A DNA stretch of 64,000 nucleotides from Octopus vulgaris (GCA_951406725.2 OX597818.1:121334001-121398000), one strand, 5' to 3'. Positions 1 through 12,746 are shown, counted from the first letter of the stretch. Program-made: numbers and translations. The notes: generated by a model from the sequence alone, not told the origin.

Positions 1-271
1 ACATATACATATATAATTCATATCAATATAGGCGCTTAAATGTGCGCAACCCCTGCAAGCCTACCAACGCTGGTGGATAATACTGCAATATATCTTATTT
101 ATGTATGATCTTGTCAAGATACTCGGTGTACTAATGTAATAACAGCTGGTTATTCGCTCTACGCAACAGAATGCATAATGGTATTTATCTAGGCACTTAA
201 CGATGGTGTACATTGAGAAGGTGAAAGAGAACACGAACGAAAAAGCGGAAGAACGATATCAACATTCGTGC

Positions 272-735
<464 letters not shown>

Positions 736-1060
736 CCACTACTTATCTAACAGTCAGGTGGATAATATCTGAACGTCTGGATAAATGGCAGAGCCGTTCA
801 TTTAACGAAGAGGACCTGCACAACAACAAAAGCAACAGCACCATTGCCAACAACAGCAGCAGTAGCAACAGGAACAGCAGCAGAAACAGCAGCAGTAGCG
901 TCGTTCTGTACTTATTAACTAGTCTTCAGACTTCATTTGCACCTTGTAAATCTGAAATATAAACATCGTCATGGTTCTACTGTCAGAAATGTCTCTAGTG
1001 CAGAACATGCCTCTTTACCTGAGTATCTGCATACGTACGTATTTATGCCATGCATTCTTT

Positions 1061-1345
1061 ATGTATGTATGTATGTATGTATGTATGTATGTATGTATGT
1101 ATGCATGTATGTATGTATGCATGCATGTATGTATGTATGTGTGTGTGTATGTATGTATGTATGTATGTATGTATGTATGTATGTATGTATGTATGTATGT
1201 ATGCATGTATGTATGTATGTGTGTATGTATGTATGTGTGTATGTATGTATGTATGTATGTATGTATGTATGTATATATGTATGAATGTGTGTATGTGTGT
1301 ATGTATGTATGTATGTATGAATGTATGTATGTATAGATGTATGTA

Positions 1346-1376
<31 letters not shown>

Positions 1377-1456
1377 GTGTATGTATGTATGTATGCATGT
1401 ATGTATGTATGTATTTATGTATGTATGTATGTATGTATATATGTATGTATGTATAT
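1061..1456. repeat. (ATGT)n microsatellite
   Basis: ~400 bp ATGT array with GT interruptions; explains MYVC/HTYI ORFs. Confidence 0.95.
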
Positions 1457-1494
1457 GATCTCTTCTGTCTTTAATTACCTGAAGATTTCCAGTA

Positions 1495-1990
1495 AGAAAG
1501 TAGCTGCTTTCTAACAAAGGTACAACGCTCCAGCCTTTGAATGTAGATAACGAAAATATTGTTACATTTCGAACTTGAGAAATTTCTTACATATCTCTAC
1601 TATTCTACTTACAAATTGCATTCGTAATTGACATGCTAGCTGCTTGATGTTTGTTCTGAAAACCCTTGCTTCTTCCAATTATCACTTAAGCATTTATTCA
1701 GAAAATGAAGTACATTAATTATTACTGTTATGTAAGTATGTCACTTATGTATTTAATTATTTAAATTTTTCCTCTGAAGAAGAAGGAGCAGGTTTCTAAC
1801 AAAGATACAAAGCTCCATCTTTGGAATATATATAACCAAAATAATGTCACATTTTAAACTTGAGTAAAGTCTTGCATAGTTTTACTGTTCCGCTTATAGA
1901 CTGTATTTGTAATGTGCGAATCAATATGATTTCATTTTATGAAAATCCAAGCTTATCCTGACTGACAGTTAGGCATTTACTTACCAAACC
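1495..1990 (+). repeat. Diverged direct tandem duplication (period ~287 bp)
   Basis: TTTCTAACAAAGGTACAACGCTCCA...GAACTTGAGAAA (~1508) aligns with TTTCTAACAAAGATACAAAGCTCCA...AAACTTGAGTAA (~1793), roughly 70% identity by eye. Confidence 0.75.
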
Positions 1991-2919
1991 AACTGCTCCA
2001 ATTATTTCACTGATCTTCTGCTTTATGCTAACATCCGCTGAGACGTATGTATGTATGTATGTATGTATGTATGTATGTATGTATGTATGTATGTATGTAT
2101 GTATGTATGTATGCAAGCAGTTATATATGTACCTATACAGGTATGTGCGATTGTATGTAATTATGTATGTCCTTCCTAAATAATACCTTCAAGGTATGAA
2201 ACTATTAGTAGCTCAGATTAAACAACATACATATATATATATATATATAGTACTTATGTATGTATATATGTATGTGTGTGTATGAATATATATATATGCA
2301 TATATACATGCATAAATACATACATCTATGTGTATATGGTATGTGTGTGTGTGTGTGTGTGTGTAATTTTGACAAAGAGTACTTACACCTTGTCGCTATA
2401 CAAAATGCACTCGACTGACATCATAGATGATACGAAGGAGTTGTCTCTTCTCGTAGAACATTCAAACGACAATAACCAATTTGTTTTCAATTGTTAGTGT
2501 CCATCACTTTTAGCTGCCATCCATTTGACAGTGTAACAAAAAGGAACGTACCTGAAGTTATGTATACAGGTCAGTCAGTATAAGCAGCAATCACTTAGTT
2601 CAGCTTCATGAACCGTTATATGAATCTTATTTAGATAAGATGGTTTCAAACAATCTTAAGTATGATATGTTACTTGTAACATGTTATGAATGATATGTAG
2701 ATATGGTTACATGTAACCAACTATGTAGGACACACGTACACACAAGCATATATATATATAAGTATGCATATTAGTGTTAGTTATTTTTATGTCGAGTTAT
2801 AATAAAAACAGTTTTTATTTGAACTGAAAAACTACACTACTTTTCGTAGAATGTATACTTTTATACTTTTACGAAAATAGCGGTCTCAGTGACTTTCATG
2901 CTACCTTTCATTGGACTGA

Positions 2920-2983
<64 letters not shown>

Positions 2984-3641
2984 ACATGCATACAAATATG
3001 CACACACATATACATAAACACACACTCACTCACTGGTAGTGACGGTGCATAAACAGAACAACGACGTACATTGGAATAGCACGTAGCATAGGTGAGTGGA
3101 TAAGTGAACTCTGGTAGAAGCTCAAGTAGTAGGAAAGCTTGTCAGCGCTCTACCAACATGCTCAATTAGAACAAAGAGGCTCGGTTGATAACTGTAGATG
3201 TTAAGGTCTTATCGACACATAGGGCACGACACTTAGACAGATTACGGATGCCATACACATAATCTCAGACCGAGCTTTAATAGAATACGTGAATGGAGTA
3301 ATAACACCATCACTCCACCAAACTACGCAAGCTGAAAATTAAAAACAGAATGATGAAAAAATAGAAAAAAGATACGTGTAGAATCATTGTAATATATAAG
3401 CACATATACACGCACACAACACACGCACACGTACTAAAAATCAGGACCAGAGGAGACACGAGGGACAGAAAGTCGCTGAAGGAATCGCAGGATGTGACGA
3501 TAGAACTCTGACAAATAAACTAAAGCTACAAATAATGAAGCTAAAGTGAGGATCAAATAGTACGTGCGTTTAATTGGCGAAAGATGACATCCCCGGTATA
3601 TATATACATTGATAAATAAGAATGACGTCAATTTACTACTT

Positions 3642-3806
3642 CATCTTCAATGCAATCAATCTTACCACATTATGTAATAATACACGAGACTATTGATTAC
3701 TTTTCATGTGTCATTCAGGTTAATGGTAATAACACAGGTTCAGATAGACTTCATATTTTATACACAATTCTGAAGAAACTTATTTAACATATGCTCTCTG
3801 TATATT

Positions 3807-3851
<45 letters not shown>

Positions 3852-4745
3852 ACAAGAGAAATCTGTGAAGACTTGTGTTATAGTCTACGCTTGTTTCCAC
3901 TTGTTACCTTTTCCCTTCGAAAATTCCTCTTCTAATGGAGATAAAGTTAGTTTGTATAATTCCCCACTTTTTTCTATTTACAAAATTGTAAAATTGTAAG
4001 TTCTTCCAACTGTTAAACATGGAGGAGGATATGTGATTATTTTTTTTAGCGGGGGGGGGGGGCTATATCTTGGAAATCCGCCGGCCCAATGGTTTTCCTT
4101 CATGGCATAATAGGGACAATATGGAACGAGCTTATGGAGATTTGGCTGTTATTCCTTATAGGTCAAGAGACCATTTAAAAACTTCCACGTTGGCACAAAC
4201 GCAAATAGATATTTTATATTAATGACATGTAAATGTAATAGATCGCCAACAAATCGATGTTGGCCACGAATCAAATCAATGTCTTAAAAATGTACTATAA
4301 ATAAATATTGGTTTCAACTTTTGGCACAAGGCCAGCAATTTTGGTACTTATTTTATCGACCCCAATGAAAGGCCAAGTCGAACCGGGTGGCATTTGAACT
4401 CAGAACGTAAAGCCGGAAGAAATACCTTTAAGCAATTTTCCCCGGCGCTGTAACTATTCTGCCAGATTGCTGCCTTACAATGAATAAATATTCTTTTCTA
4501 TTCTAGGCACAAGGCTCCAAATTTTTTGGGTGGATGGGAGCCAGTAGGTTAGATCAACCTCAGTACGCAACTGGCACTTAATTTATCCACCCCGTTAAAT
4601 AAGATTCTTCAGAATTGTATATAAAATGATATGAAGAATCTTACTGAATCTGCGTTATTACCATTAACCTGAATGACACATGAAAAGTAATCAATAGTCT
4701 CGTGTATTATTACATAATGTGGCAAGATTGATTGTATTGAAGATG
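3642..4745. repeat. Local inverted duplication, ~150-bp arms (3642-3789 / 4594-4745)
   Basis: CATCTTCAATGCAATCAATCTTACCACATTATGTAATAATACACGAGACTATTG...TTATTTAAC is the reverse complement of 4594-4745 at ~90% identity. Confidence 0.9.
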
Positions 4746-5145
4746 TATTGTCCCTATTGTGGAGGTTGGTCGATTATATCAACTCCAGTACTTAACTCGT
4801 ACTTTATTTCATCGATTCCGAAAGAATGAAAGACAATGTTGACCAGGGCGAGATTTGAATGTAATGAGTCGGAAGAAATGCTGCTAATATAATGATTCTG
4901 CCAGCTTGCTGCCTTAACAAATACTTCTGAAAGAGGAACACGGCCAACAGATTTGAGAGGAGGGTTTCTCCAATATCATCGGCTTCAATAATAAGAATCT
5001 TCTCTATTATTGGTACACAGCCTGAAATTTAGAAGGAAGGAGTCAGTCGATTACATTGACCCTAGTGCTATACTGGTACTTATTTTATCGATCTCCAAAA
5101 GAATGAAGGGCAAAGTCAACCTCGGTGGAGTTCGAACTCCGAACC
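4310..5145 (-). mobile_element. Cluster of degenerate family A SINE fragments
   Basis: Repeated diverged GAAAGGCAAAGTCGAC...ATTTGAACTCAGAACG and GGCACAAGGCC motifs. Confidence 0.75.
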
Positions 5146-5155
5146 TAAAGTTAAG

Positions 5156-5506
5156 TGTACATTATTTACATTTGACGGATAGTTGTCCTCATCTTGTTTG
5201 TTGTTAGCATAACGTTTCGGCTGATATACCCTCCAGCCTTCTTCATGTGTCATGGGGAAATTTCGAACTTGGGTTCTCATTTCTAAGGTAATAATAATGA
5301 TGATGATGACAACAACAACAACAACAATATCGAAAAAACCTTAGGATTGAGAACCCAGGTTTGAAATTTCCCCAAGTCACCTGAAGGAGGCTGGAGGGTA
5401 TATCAGCCGAAACGTTGAGTTAACAGAAACAAGATGAGGACAAATATCCGTCGAATGTAAATAATGTAAATAATGTACATAATTCCTCATCTCTTAAATA
5501 TAAAAC
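5156..5506. mobile_element. Inverted-repeat element, family E (PLE pseudo-LTR-like arms with hammerhead motifs, microsatellite centre)
   Basis: Arms 5156-5290 and 5327-5506 are reverse complements around (AAT/GAT/CAA)n; each arm has a degenerate CTGANGA-AGGCTG..CAGCC-GAAACGTT motif. Confidence 0.85.
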
Positions 5507-5864
5507 CCCCTCGGACAACTCCCTCCTTGACAAAGCCCCTGTGACGTTTTTTTCCGTGACTTTTCTTCCTGTGACTTTTTTTTTTACATAGATTCGGAAT
5601 AACTGTAAGCGGCTGAGTATTCTAAAGACACTATACCCTTAGTACAATACCCAGACCCATTTAGTTTTACACAATGTAACACGGGAGAGTTTTCGGACAT
5701 TCTGTTACAAAGAAAGGAAAATAATTCTTTATTGAAAAAAATCTTTTGTCATTTATTTTAGAATTCACTCAGTTCCGGTTGAATGATTTTGCATGCTTTG
5801 AAGTGAAGAAACGGAAATTAAGAATTTGATTGTGAATTAACTGCTAATATTTTAAAGTTGGTGA

Positions 5865-6225
5865 AGGTCGCAAAATCATTAGCGCCGGGCAAAATGCTTA
5901 GCGGCATTTCGTCTGCTGCTACGTTCTGAGTTCAAATTCCACCGAGGTCGACTTTGCCTTTCATCATTTCAGGGTCGATTAAATAAGTACCAGTTACGCA
6001 CTGGGGTCGATATAATCGACTTAATCCGTTTGTCTGTCCTTGTTTGTCCTCTCTGTGTTTAGCCCCTTGTGGGTAGTAAAGAAATAGACATTTCGTCAGT
6101 CTACGACCCGAGTTCAAATTCCTCCAGGATTGATAAAATAAGTACCAGTTGAATAATGGGATCGATGTAATCGACTGACCCCCTTCCCCAATGCTGCTGA
6201 CCTTGTGCCAAAAGTTGAAACGAAT
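5865..6225 (+). mobile_element. Family A tRNA-derived SINE with partial second unit
   Basis: B-box GAGTTCAAATTCC, central GCCTTTCATC..GGGTCGATTAAATAAGTACCAG, tail GCCCCTTGTGGGTAGTAAAGAAATA. Confidence 0.9.
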
Positions 6226-6712
6226 ATTTTAAAGTAGAAGACAGTAGATATTACATAACACTAATGTGGAGTTTAAGAATCACAAAAAGAGAAAAAAAAT
6301 TCAATAGGTGGATTGACGAGATGCGAACTACTTATCTGTCGCTTGCCGTGCGATCATGTTACTGATGGCACTACAAAGCGAAGATATATATTGCGCACAA
6401 AATAAGAGAAACAACTTATGGTGTCAAATTTAAGAAGGTGGCTAATCATATGCTCTCAGGTGTAATCGATAACACGGTTGCCTGGTAAGTGACAGATATA
6501 TTGGTTCGTGCCCCCCGCTCACTCAGCTTTGAGTTCTTCATGCTCAAGAGCTTTAATACTACCTGACATAAAACAGATCATATAATGAAACGTATCAAAA
6601 CAAGGAAGGGACAACTATGTAGAAACTCCTTGTCGACTTAAGAAAACGTAAATACAGAAGCTAGCTTCGTTCTCTGACTAGCTTAAATATGAGGTTTATA
6701 TTTCTGTACCGT

Positions 6713-7096
6713 GTGGAGGCGCAATGGCCCAGTGGTTAGGGCAGCGGACTCGCGGTCATAGGATCGCGGTTTCGATTCCCGGACCGGGCGTTGTGAGTGT
6801 TTATTGAGCGAAAACACCTAAAAGTTCCACGAGGCTCCGACAGGGGATGGTGGTGATCCCTGCTGTACTCTTTCACCACAACTTTCTCTCACTCTTACTT
6901 CCTGTTTCTGTCGTACCTGTATTTCAAAGGGCCGGCCTTGTCACTCTCTGTGTCACGCTGAATATCTCCGAGAACTATGTTAAGGGTACACGTGTCTGAG
7001 GAATGTTCAGCCACTTACACGTTAATTTCACGAGCAGGCTGTTCCGTTGATCGGATCAACCGGGACCCTCGTCGTCGTAACCGACGGAGTGCTTCC
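6713..7096 (+). mobile_element. tRNA-Arg-like-headed SINE (OR1-like), tail T1
   Basis: A-box TGGCCCAGTGG, TCG in anticodon-like loop, B-box GGTTTCGATTCCC; tail ends GTCGTCGTAACCGACGGAGTG. The OR1 label is from memory of octopus SINEs. Confidence 0.85.
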
Positions 7097-7578
7097 ATGT
7101 ATACGTCCGTGTGCGTATGTGTGCTTGCGTATGTGTGCTTGTGAATGTGGTCATAATTTTCCTTTCTTTGTAACAGAATGTACGAAAACACACCCGTGTT
7201 ACATCATATAAAACTAAATGGGCCTGGGTATTGTATTAAGGGTATAGTCTCTGTGGGATACTCAGCCGCTTACACGTTCATTCCATGGGTCGAACAAGCG
7301 AATGCTCATTGTTGAAAGTGACGAATAATCCACTATTATATTAAAATCCTGACGAGGTCGAGGTCAGCTTTACCTTCCTCTGGGACTGTTAAACTAAGTT
7401 CCACTCATGCCGGAGCCGACTTAAATGACTAAATCCGTTCCCCTTGTATTTGCGGTTATGTGCATTAAGTTATAAATTAGTAATATTATTATAAATTCAT
7501 TAAACAGAAGTGAATCTAATGGAATATGTATGTGAATATGAGCCAACAACAACGCAGCAAATTGACAGAATCGGTAGA

Positions 7579-7973
7579 TTCTTTTCTTTTGTACTCTAAG
7601 CCCGAAACTTTTGGGAGAAGAGGCAGTCGATTAGATCGACCCCAGTATGAAACTGGTACTTAATTTATCGACCCCGAAAGGATGAAAAGCAAAGTCGACT
7701 TGGGTGGAATTTGAACTCAGAACGTAAAGACAGACGAAATACCTATTTCTTTACTACCCACAAGGGGCTAAACATAGAGTGGACAAACAAGGACAGACAA
7801 ACGGATTAAGTCGATTATATCGACCCCAGTGCGTAACTGGTACTTATTTAATCGACTCCGGAAGGATGAAAGGCAAAGTCGACCTCGGCGGAATTTGAAC
7901 TCAGAACGTAGCGGCAGACGAAATACCGCAAAGCATTTCGCACGGCGTGCTAACGTTTCTGCCAGCTCGCCAC
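7579..7973 (-). mobile_element. Family A SINE, two-unit form with 13-bp TSD
   Basis: TSD CAGAATCGGTAGA at 7566-7578 and 7974-7986; two tandem B-box/central-domain units. Confidence 0.92.
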
Positions 7974-9197
7974 CAGAATCGGTAGACTGCGATAGTTAGT
8001 TATGCCCGTTAACATTCAACTTTGGTGGTCACGGTGGTGTTGGTGAAATTTAGAACTACAGTACCAAATATATCCTTTTCTTATTTAAATGGTAGGGTGT
8101 GGCTTGAAGGATATATGGCTGCTATTTCTAGAAGTTCAACAGACCTCGCAGTGACTCTCTTGTTGCTTCATCATTGAGTTGGCTAAAGTAACCATATCAT
8201 TGCTTTTATAGATTTACTTGGTAATTTATAGAATTGCTTTGATGTAGCTGAAGTCTTTCACATTGATGTGGGATTTTAGAAGCTTGCACAATTTGCTGTG
8301 AGGGACTGCTCTACCATGAGTTAAAGTTAATTCATTTTCTTGAACTCTTAGGGTATTGTCTTGCCTTCGTCATCGAACCTCTGCCTTCAACTGGGACCCT
8401 TTATCATTCGCAGTTTGAGTTTCCCGAAGAAAGATTCTTGGATATATTTTAGTGTATTTTTTTTATCTTGCTTGCAGAAAGAAGCTGGACTGATGATGCA
8501 GTATAAATCAAAAATGATTTCAAAACCTGAGAGTGTCAACTTTGCTAATCCTTTTTCCAGGGTTGATAAAAATCACTCAACCCTTTGGTTGATATAATCA
8601 ATGATTTTTTCATCAAAATCTTGAGGTCATGTAGCCATGTTAGAAATCAATATGGGTTTACGATGATGTAATTGGCTTATATTCAAGACAGGATCTCAGA
8701 TGACATCACCAGAGTTTATTTTATTGTGTCACAGTAAGAGGAGTGATACTCTTGATGTATGCAGGACCTTCCTCTCCAACAAGTGAGATCGATATGGTTT
8801 ATGTTCTGCTTGAGCATTTGAAAGTTTATATCTACAGAAGCAAAAACGTTGCTGTCAGTGTGTAGAGGGAATGATTAAGCGAATTTTTTTCCGTGCGAAA
8901 TGAGTTTGCGAAATGAGTCACAGGAGCATAATGAAAAAAGAAGAGGCTGTATCGTGTAGGTTTTAACCGGATGTAGTATGTAACTTGATTTTTGAGAGGA
9001 GTAAAAGCCTTTGTAGAGTTTATTATTGTTATTATTAAACCCCAGGCCAACTCTGATCGAGCAAGTGCTATGATTAATAACCTTCTGGTCATGCTTTGAT
9101 CTGTTTTCAAGTATTATTTTTACACAAATAGAATCGTTAGCAGACTGGACAGAATACTCAGCGACATTTCTTCGGGATTTCCGGTTTGAGTTCAATA

Positions 9198-9433
9198 TAT
9201 TTCTTTACTACCCACAAGGGGCTAAATACAGAGAGGACAAACAAGGACAGATAAACGGATTAAGTCGATTACATCCAACCCCAGTGCGTAACTGGTACTT
9301 AATTTATCGACTCCGAAATGACGAAAGGCAAAGTCGACCTCGGCGGAATTTGAACTCAGGACGTAGCGGCAGACGAAATTCAGCCCCGTATTTTTCCCGG
9401 CGTGCTAACGTTTCTGCTAGCTCGCCGCCTTCA
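9198..9433 (-). mobile_element. Family A SINE nested in an older opposite-strand family A copy (~9128-9580)
   Basis: 16-bp TSD CGGTTTGAGTTCAATA at 9182-9197 and 9434-9449, overlapping the host B-box. Confidence 0.9.
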
Positions 9434-9667
9434 CGGTTTGAGTTCAATAGTCACCGAGGTTAACTTTGCCTTCCATCTTATTGGGGTCGATACAGTAAGT
9501 AGCGGTTAAGCACCGGGATCGATGTAATCGATTTACCTTCTGCCCTAAAGTTACTGGCCTTGTGTCAGAACTTGAAACCATAATTTTTAGACGATGTATC
9601 TTTGACTAGATTATCAAATATATCCTTCTTCCTTTCTTTAACACGATGTCGCGTGATTTAAGGGATA

Positions 9668-9892
9668 TTAACCCTTTAGCATTAAATTAATCCGTCAAAT
9701 ATAATGCTTATTTATTCACATTGTTTTGGACTTATCACACATTATATCATAGCTTTGAGATTTTAATGATGTATTTGTTTATTTTTAGAATGGGATTTTA
9801 GAGTAAGTATTAGAGGTTAGATGTAGGCAGTTCGAACATAAGACAGGTGGAACATTTGGGGTTGATCTGGCCGGTTTGAATACTTAAGAGTC
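9668..9892. mobile_element. TTAA-ended MITE (piggyBac-like termini), degenerate right end
   Basis: TTAACCCTTTAGCATT left end; degenerate inverted right end GAATACTTAAGAGT. Confidence 0.5.
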
Positions 9893-10003
9893 CAGGTACT
9901 ATTCTGGCAGATAGAACGACTGCTAGGTACTTTAGGAAAGTGTCTTCTACAAAACCTCAAGCTGGCCACGGATAATGAAAGAGGCCCATCATGTATATAT
10001 ATG

Positions 10004-10385
<382 letters not shown>

Positions 10386-10863
10386 TGTGTGTGTGTGTGT
10401 GTGTGTATGTTTGTATGTGTTTGTCTTCTATCACCGCTTGAAACCAGTATTGGTGTGTTTACATCCCCATAACCAAGTTGTTCGGCTAAAAGTACCAGGC
10501 TTAACAAAAAAATAAGTTCTTGGGTTGATTCGTTTGGCTAAAATGGAAGCTGACGCGTTGACTTGAGGATAGAAGAGTAGGTACTGAAGTCGAGAAAAAT
10601 ATGCTTCAAACTCTGTCATATCCCAGCTTGGCCATAGAGAACGTCACCGTGTTGTTCCTGTAATCGCATTAAGAGAGTGACCCCAATAATTCATTTTCAA
10701 CATTTGACAAAAATGAGTAAATAAATAAAATAATAAATAAAGCAAAAATATAATTTGGTGAAGAGGTGGGAGCGTGTCTGTAGGTAAGTCATTGTTGCGT
10801 GCTGGTAGGTGAACCGGATGTCTTTCTCTTTGGGTGTGGTCTATGATGTTTTCTCAGACGCTC

Positions 10864-10865
<2 letters not shown>

Positions 10866-10920
<55 letters not shown>

Positions 10921-10976
10921 TAATAATAATAATGATAATAATAATAATAATAATAATGATAATAATAATGGCAATG

Positions 10977-11071
<95 letters not shown>

Positions 11072-11104
11072 AACAACAACAGCAACAACAGCAACAACAA
11101 CAAC

Positions 11105-11154
<50 letters not shown>
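10866..11154. repeat. Compound (AAT)n/(GAT)n/(CAA)n microsatellite
   Basis: Direct; source of the poly-I/L/Y/M ORFs. Confidence 0.95.
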
Positions 11155-11155
<1 letters not shown>

Positions 11156-11984
11156 GGTGTTCACAGGTGTAGGGTGTATAGAGGTCACCAGCTATGTAAG
11201 CCCAGACTTTGAAGGGATCGAGTTGATAAATTAATAGAAGAACTGTTACATTAACTATAAGCTGCGAAGGATGAAACACAAATGATCCCGATAAACCCTT
11301 TTCATGGCCTTTGTAATCGCAGTTCGCATAGTTATTTATTTTTTCCGAGATCAAATAAGCCAGGCACAATAGTGCACTTCGTTGGGTTGGGTGGGTAACC
11401 AAACTCAATCTTAAGCTTACATTGTTGCTAAGGTGAATCATATTTAGCTTCGATGAAACTGGTGTTTTTTCTTTTTTTACTTCTTTTTCTCTCTCCCCTA
11501 CTCTGTCTCAATCGAACTGTTTTCCTTTCTTTTTAATTTTAGTTGCGACAGTCAACGGCTCTTCCTCCCTCTCTCTCTCTCTCTTTCTCACTCACACTAT
11601 GTGGTTACGATAATCAAGGCATCTCCAAATAACATACATTTAACCAACACAGTCACCAAATCTCCTAACAACACAACATTGTTGCTAGATCGCCTTCGAG
11701 TTTGTCTCCTGTCAGATTACAAACTATAAATGAGTTCAGGTTTGTTTACTGTTTATGCAACAAAAATGTTCTCAGCAAATAAGAGAATCAATATATCAGT
11801 TGATATTCTGACATGCTTCTCGCTCAAATTTGACAATAGTTAATTTTAACGGGGTTCTTTAAAATAAATATAATTCTCACGGCTTTCGGATTTTACGCGT
11901 GTATCTATATATGTTTGTGTATCTGTGTGTGTGTTTGTAGGTGTGCGTGTGTTTGTGCCAGTGTGTGTACAGTTCAAAACTGTA

Positions 11985-12088
11985 TTACGAAAACAAAAAA
12001 AAACAGGTGAGGGAACAACAAAGTGTATCAGTTTGACGCTCAGGGAAAATGGAAGAGTCTTCGACGTTTCGGGCCTATGTTCTTTTAA
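11985..12088 (-). mobile_element. Family F fragment
   Basis: CAGGTGAGGGAACAACAAAGTGTATCAGTTTGACGCTCAGGGAA...GACGTTTCGGGCCTATG matches family F. Confidence 0.65.
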
Positions 12089-12454
12089 TATGTGTGAGTG
12101 TGTGTGCGCGCGCGACGTGCATGTACATTTGAAAGTATGGGTATCGCTTTGAGTAGAATACTTATTCCCAAGAAGTATAATTCCAATCCTTGATCTTGTA
12201 CGAAGTTTTGTTTCAAAGTACGATTTATCACGACCTGCTTTCTTCGAGGATAACTCTAGCTTGCGTCATTGATTTTAATGTAATATATTAAACTTTTAGT
12301 GTAATATATTAATTCTTTTACCAATATATTATAGCAGACCGTTGTGAAATAACAAGTACTACGTTTTTTTTTTTTTTTTCAGTTTTAGTAGGTTTTTCGT
12401 GGATTTAGGGAATCCGTCTTGGTTGCTTCAGGAGCTCGAAAAGCACGTCTTTCC

Positions 12455-12520
<66 letters not shown>

Positions 12521-12533
12521 TATATACATATAT

Positions 12534-12643
12534 ACCGGAGTAAACACATAGATGTGAAACAAGGTGGAAAAAAGAGTACTCAAATACCAGTGGTAGAGTA
12601 ATATGCTTTATTTAAAGCAGCAGAAAATTCTGCTTTAAATAAA

Positions 12644-12650
<7 letters not shown>
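12534..12650. mobile_element. (TA)n-embedded short insert with terminal fold-back
   Basis: Unique ~115 bp between (TA)n tracts, ending in ATATGCTTTATTTAAAGCAG-9nt-CTGCTTTAAATAAAGTATAT. Confidence 0.6.
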
Positions 12651-12693
<43 letters not shown>

Positions 12694-12708
12694 GTACTAT
12701 GTATGTAA

Positions 12709-12746
<38 letters not shown>

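Larger units (their letters stand above)
5605..7274. repeat. Local inverted duplication, ~120-bp arms (5605-5722 / 7156-7274)
   Basis: AGCGGCTGAGTA...ACCCATTTAGTTTTA...CATTCTGTTACAAAGAAAGGAAAAT matches the reverse complement of 7156-7274 at ~85%. Confidence 0.85.

Noticed and set aside
6713-6790. tRNA-Arg-like gene
   Set aside because: No acceptor stem closure; continues into a SINE body found in multiple copies.
10789-11441. Long poly-I/L/Y/H ORFs
   Set aside because: Trinucleotide microsatellite open in several frames on both strands.
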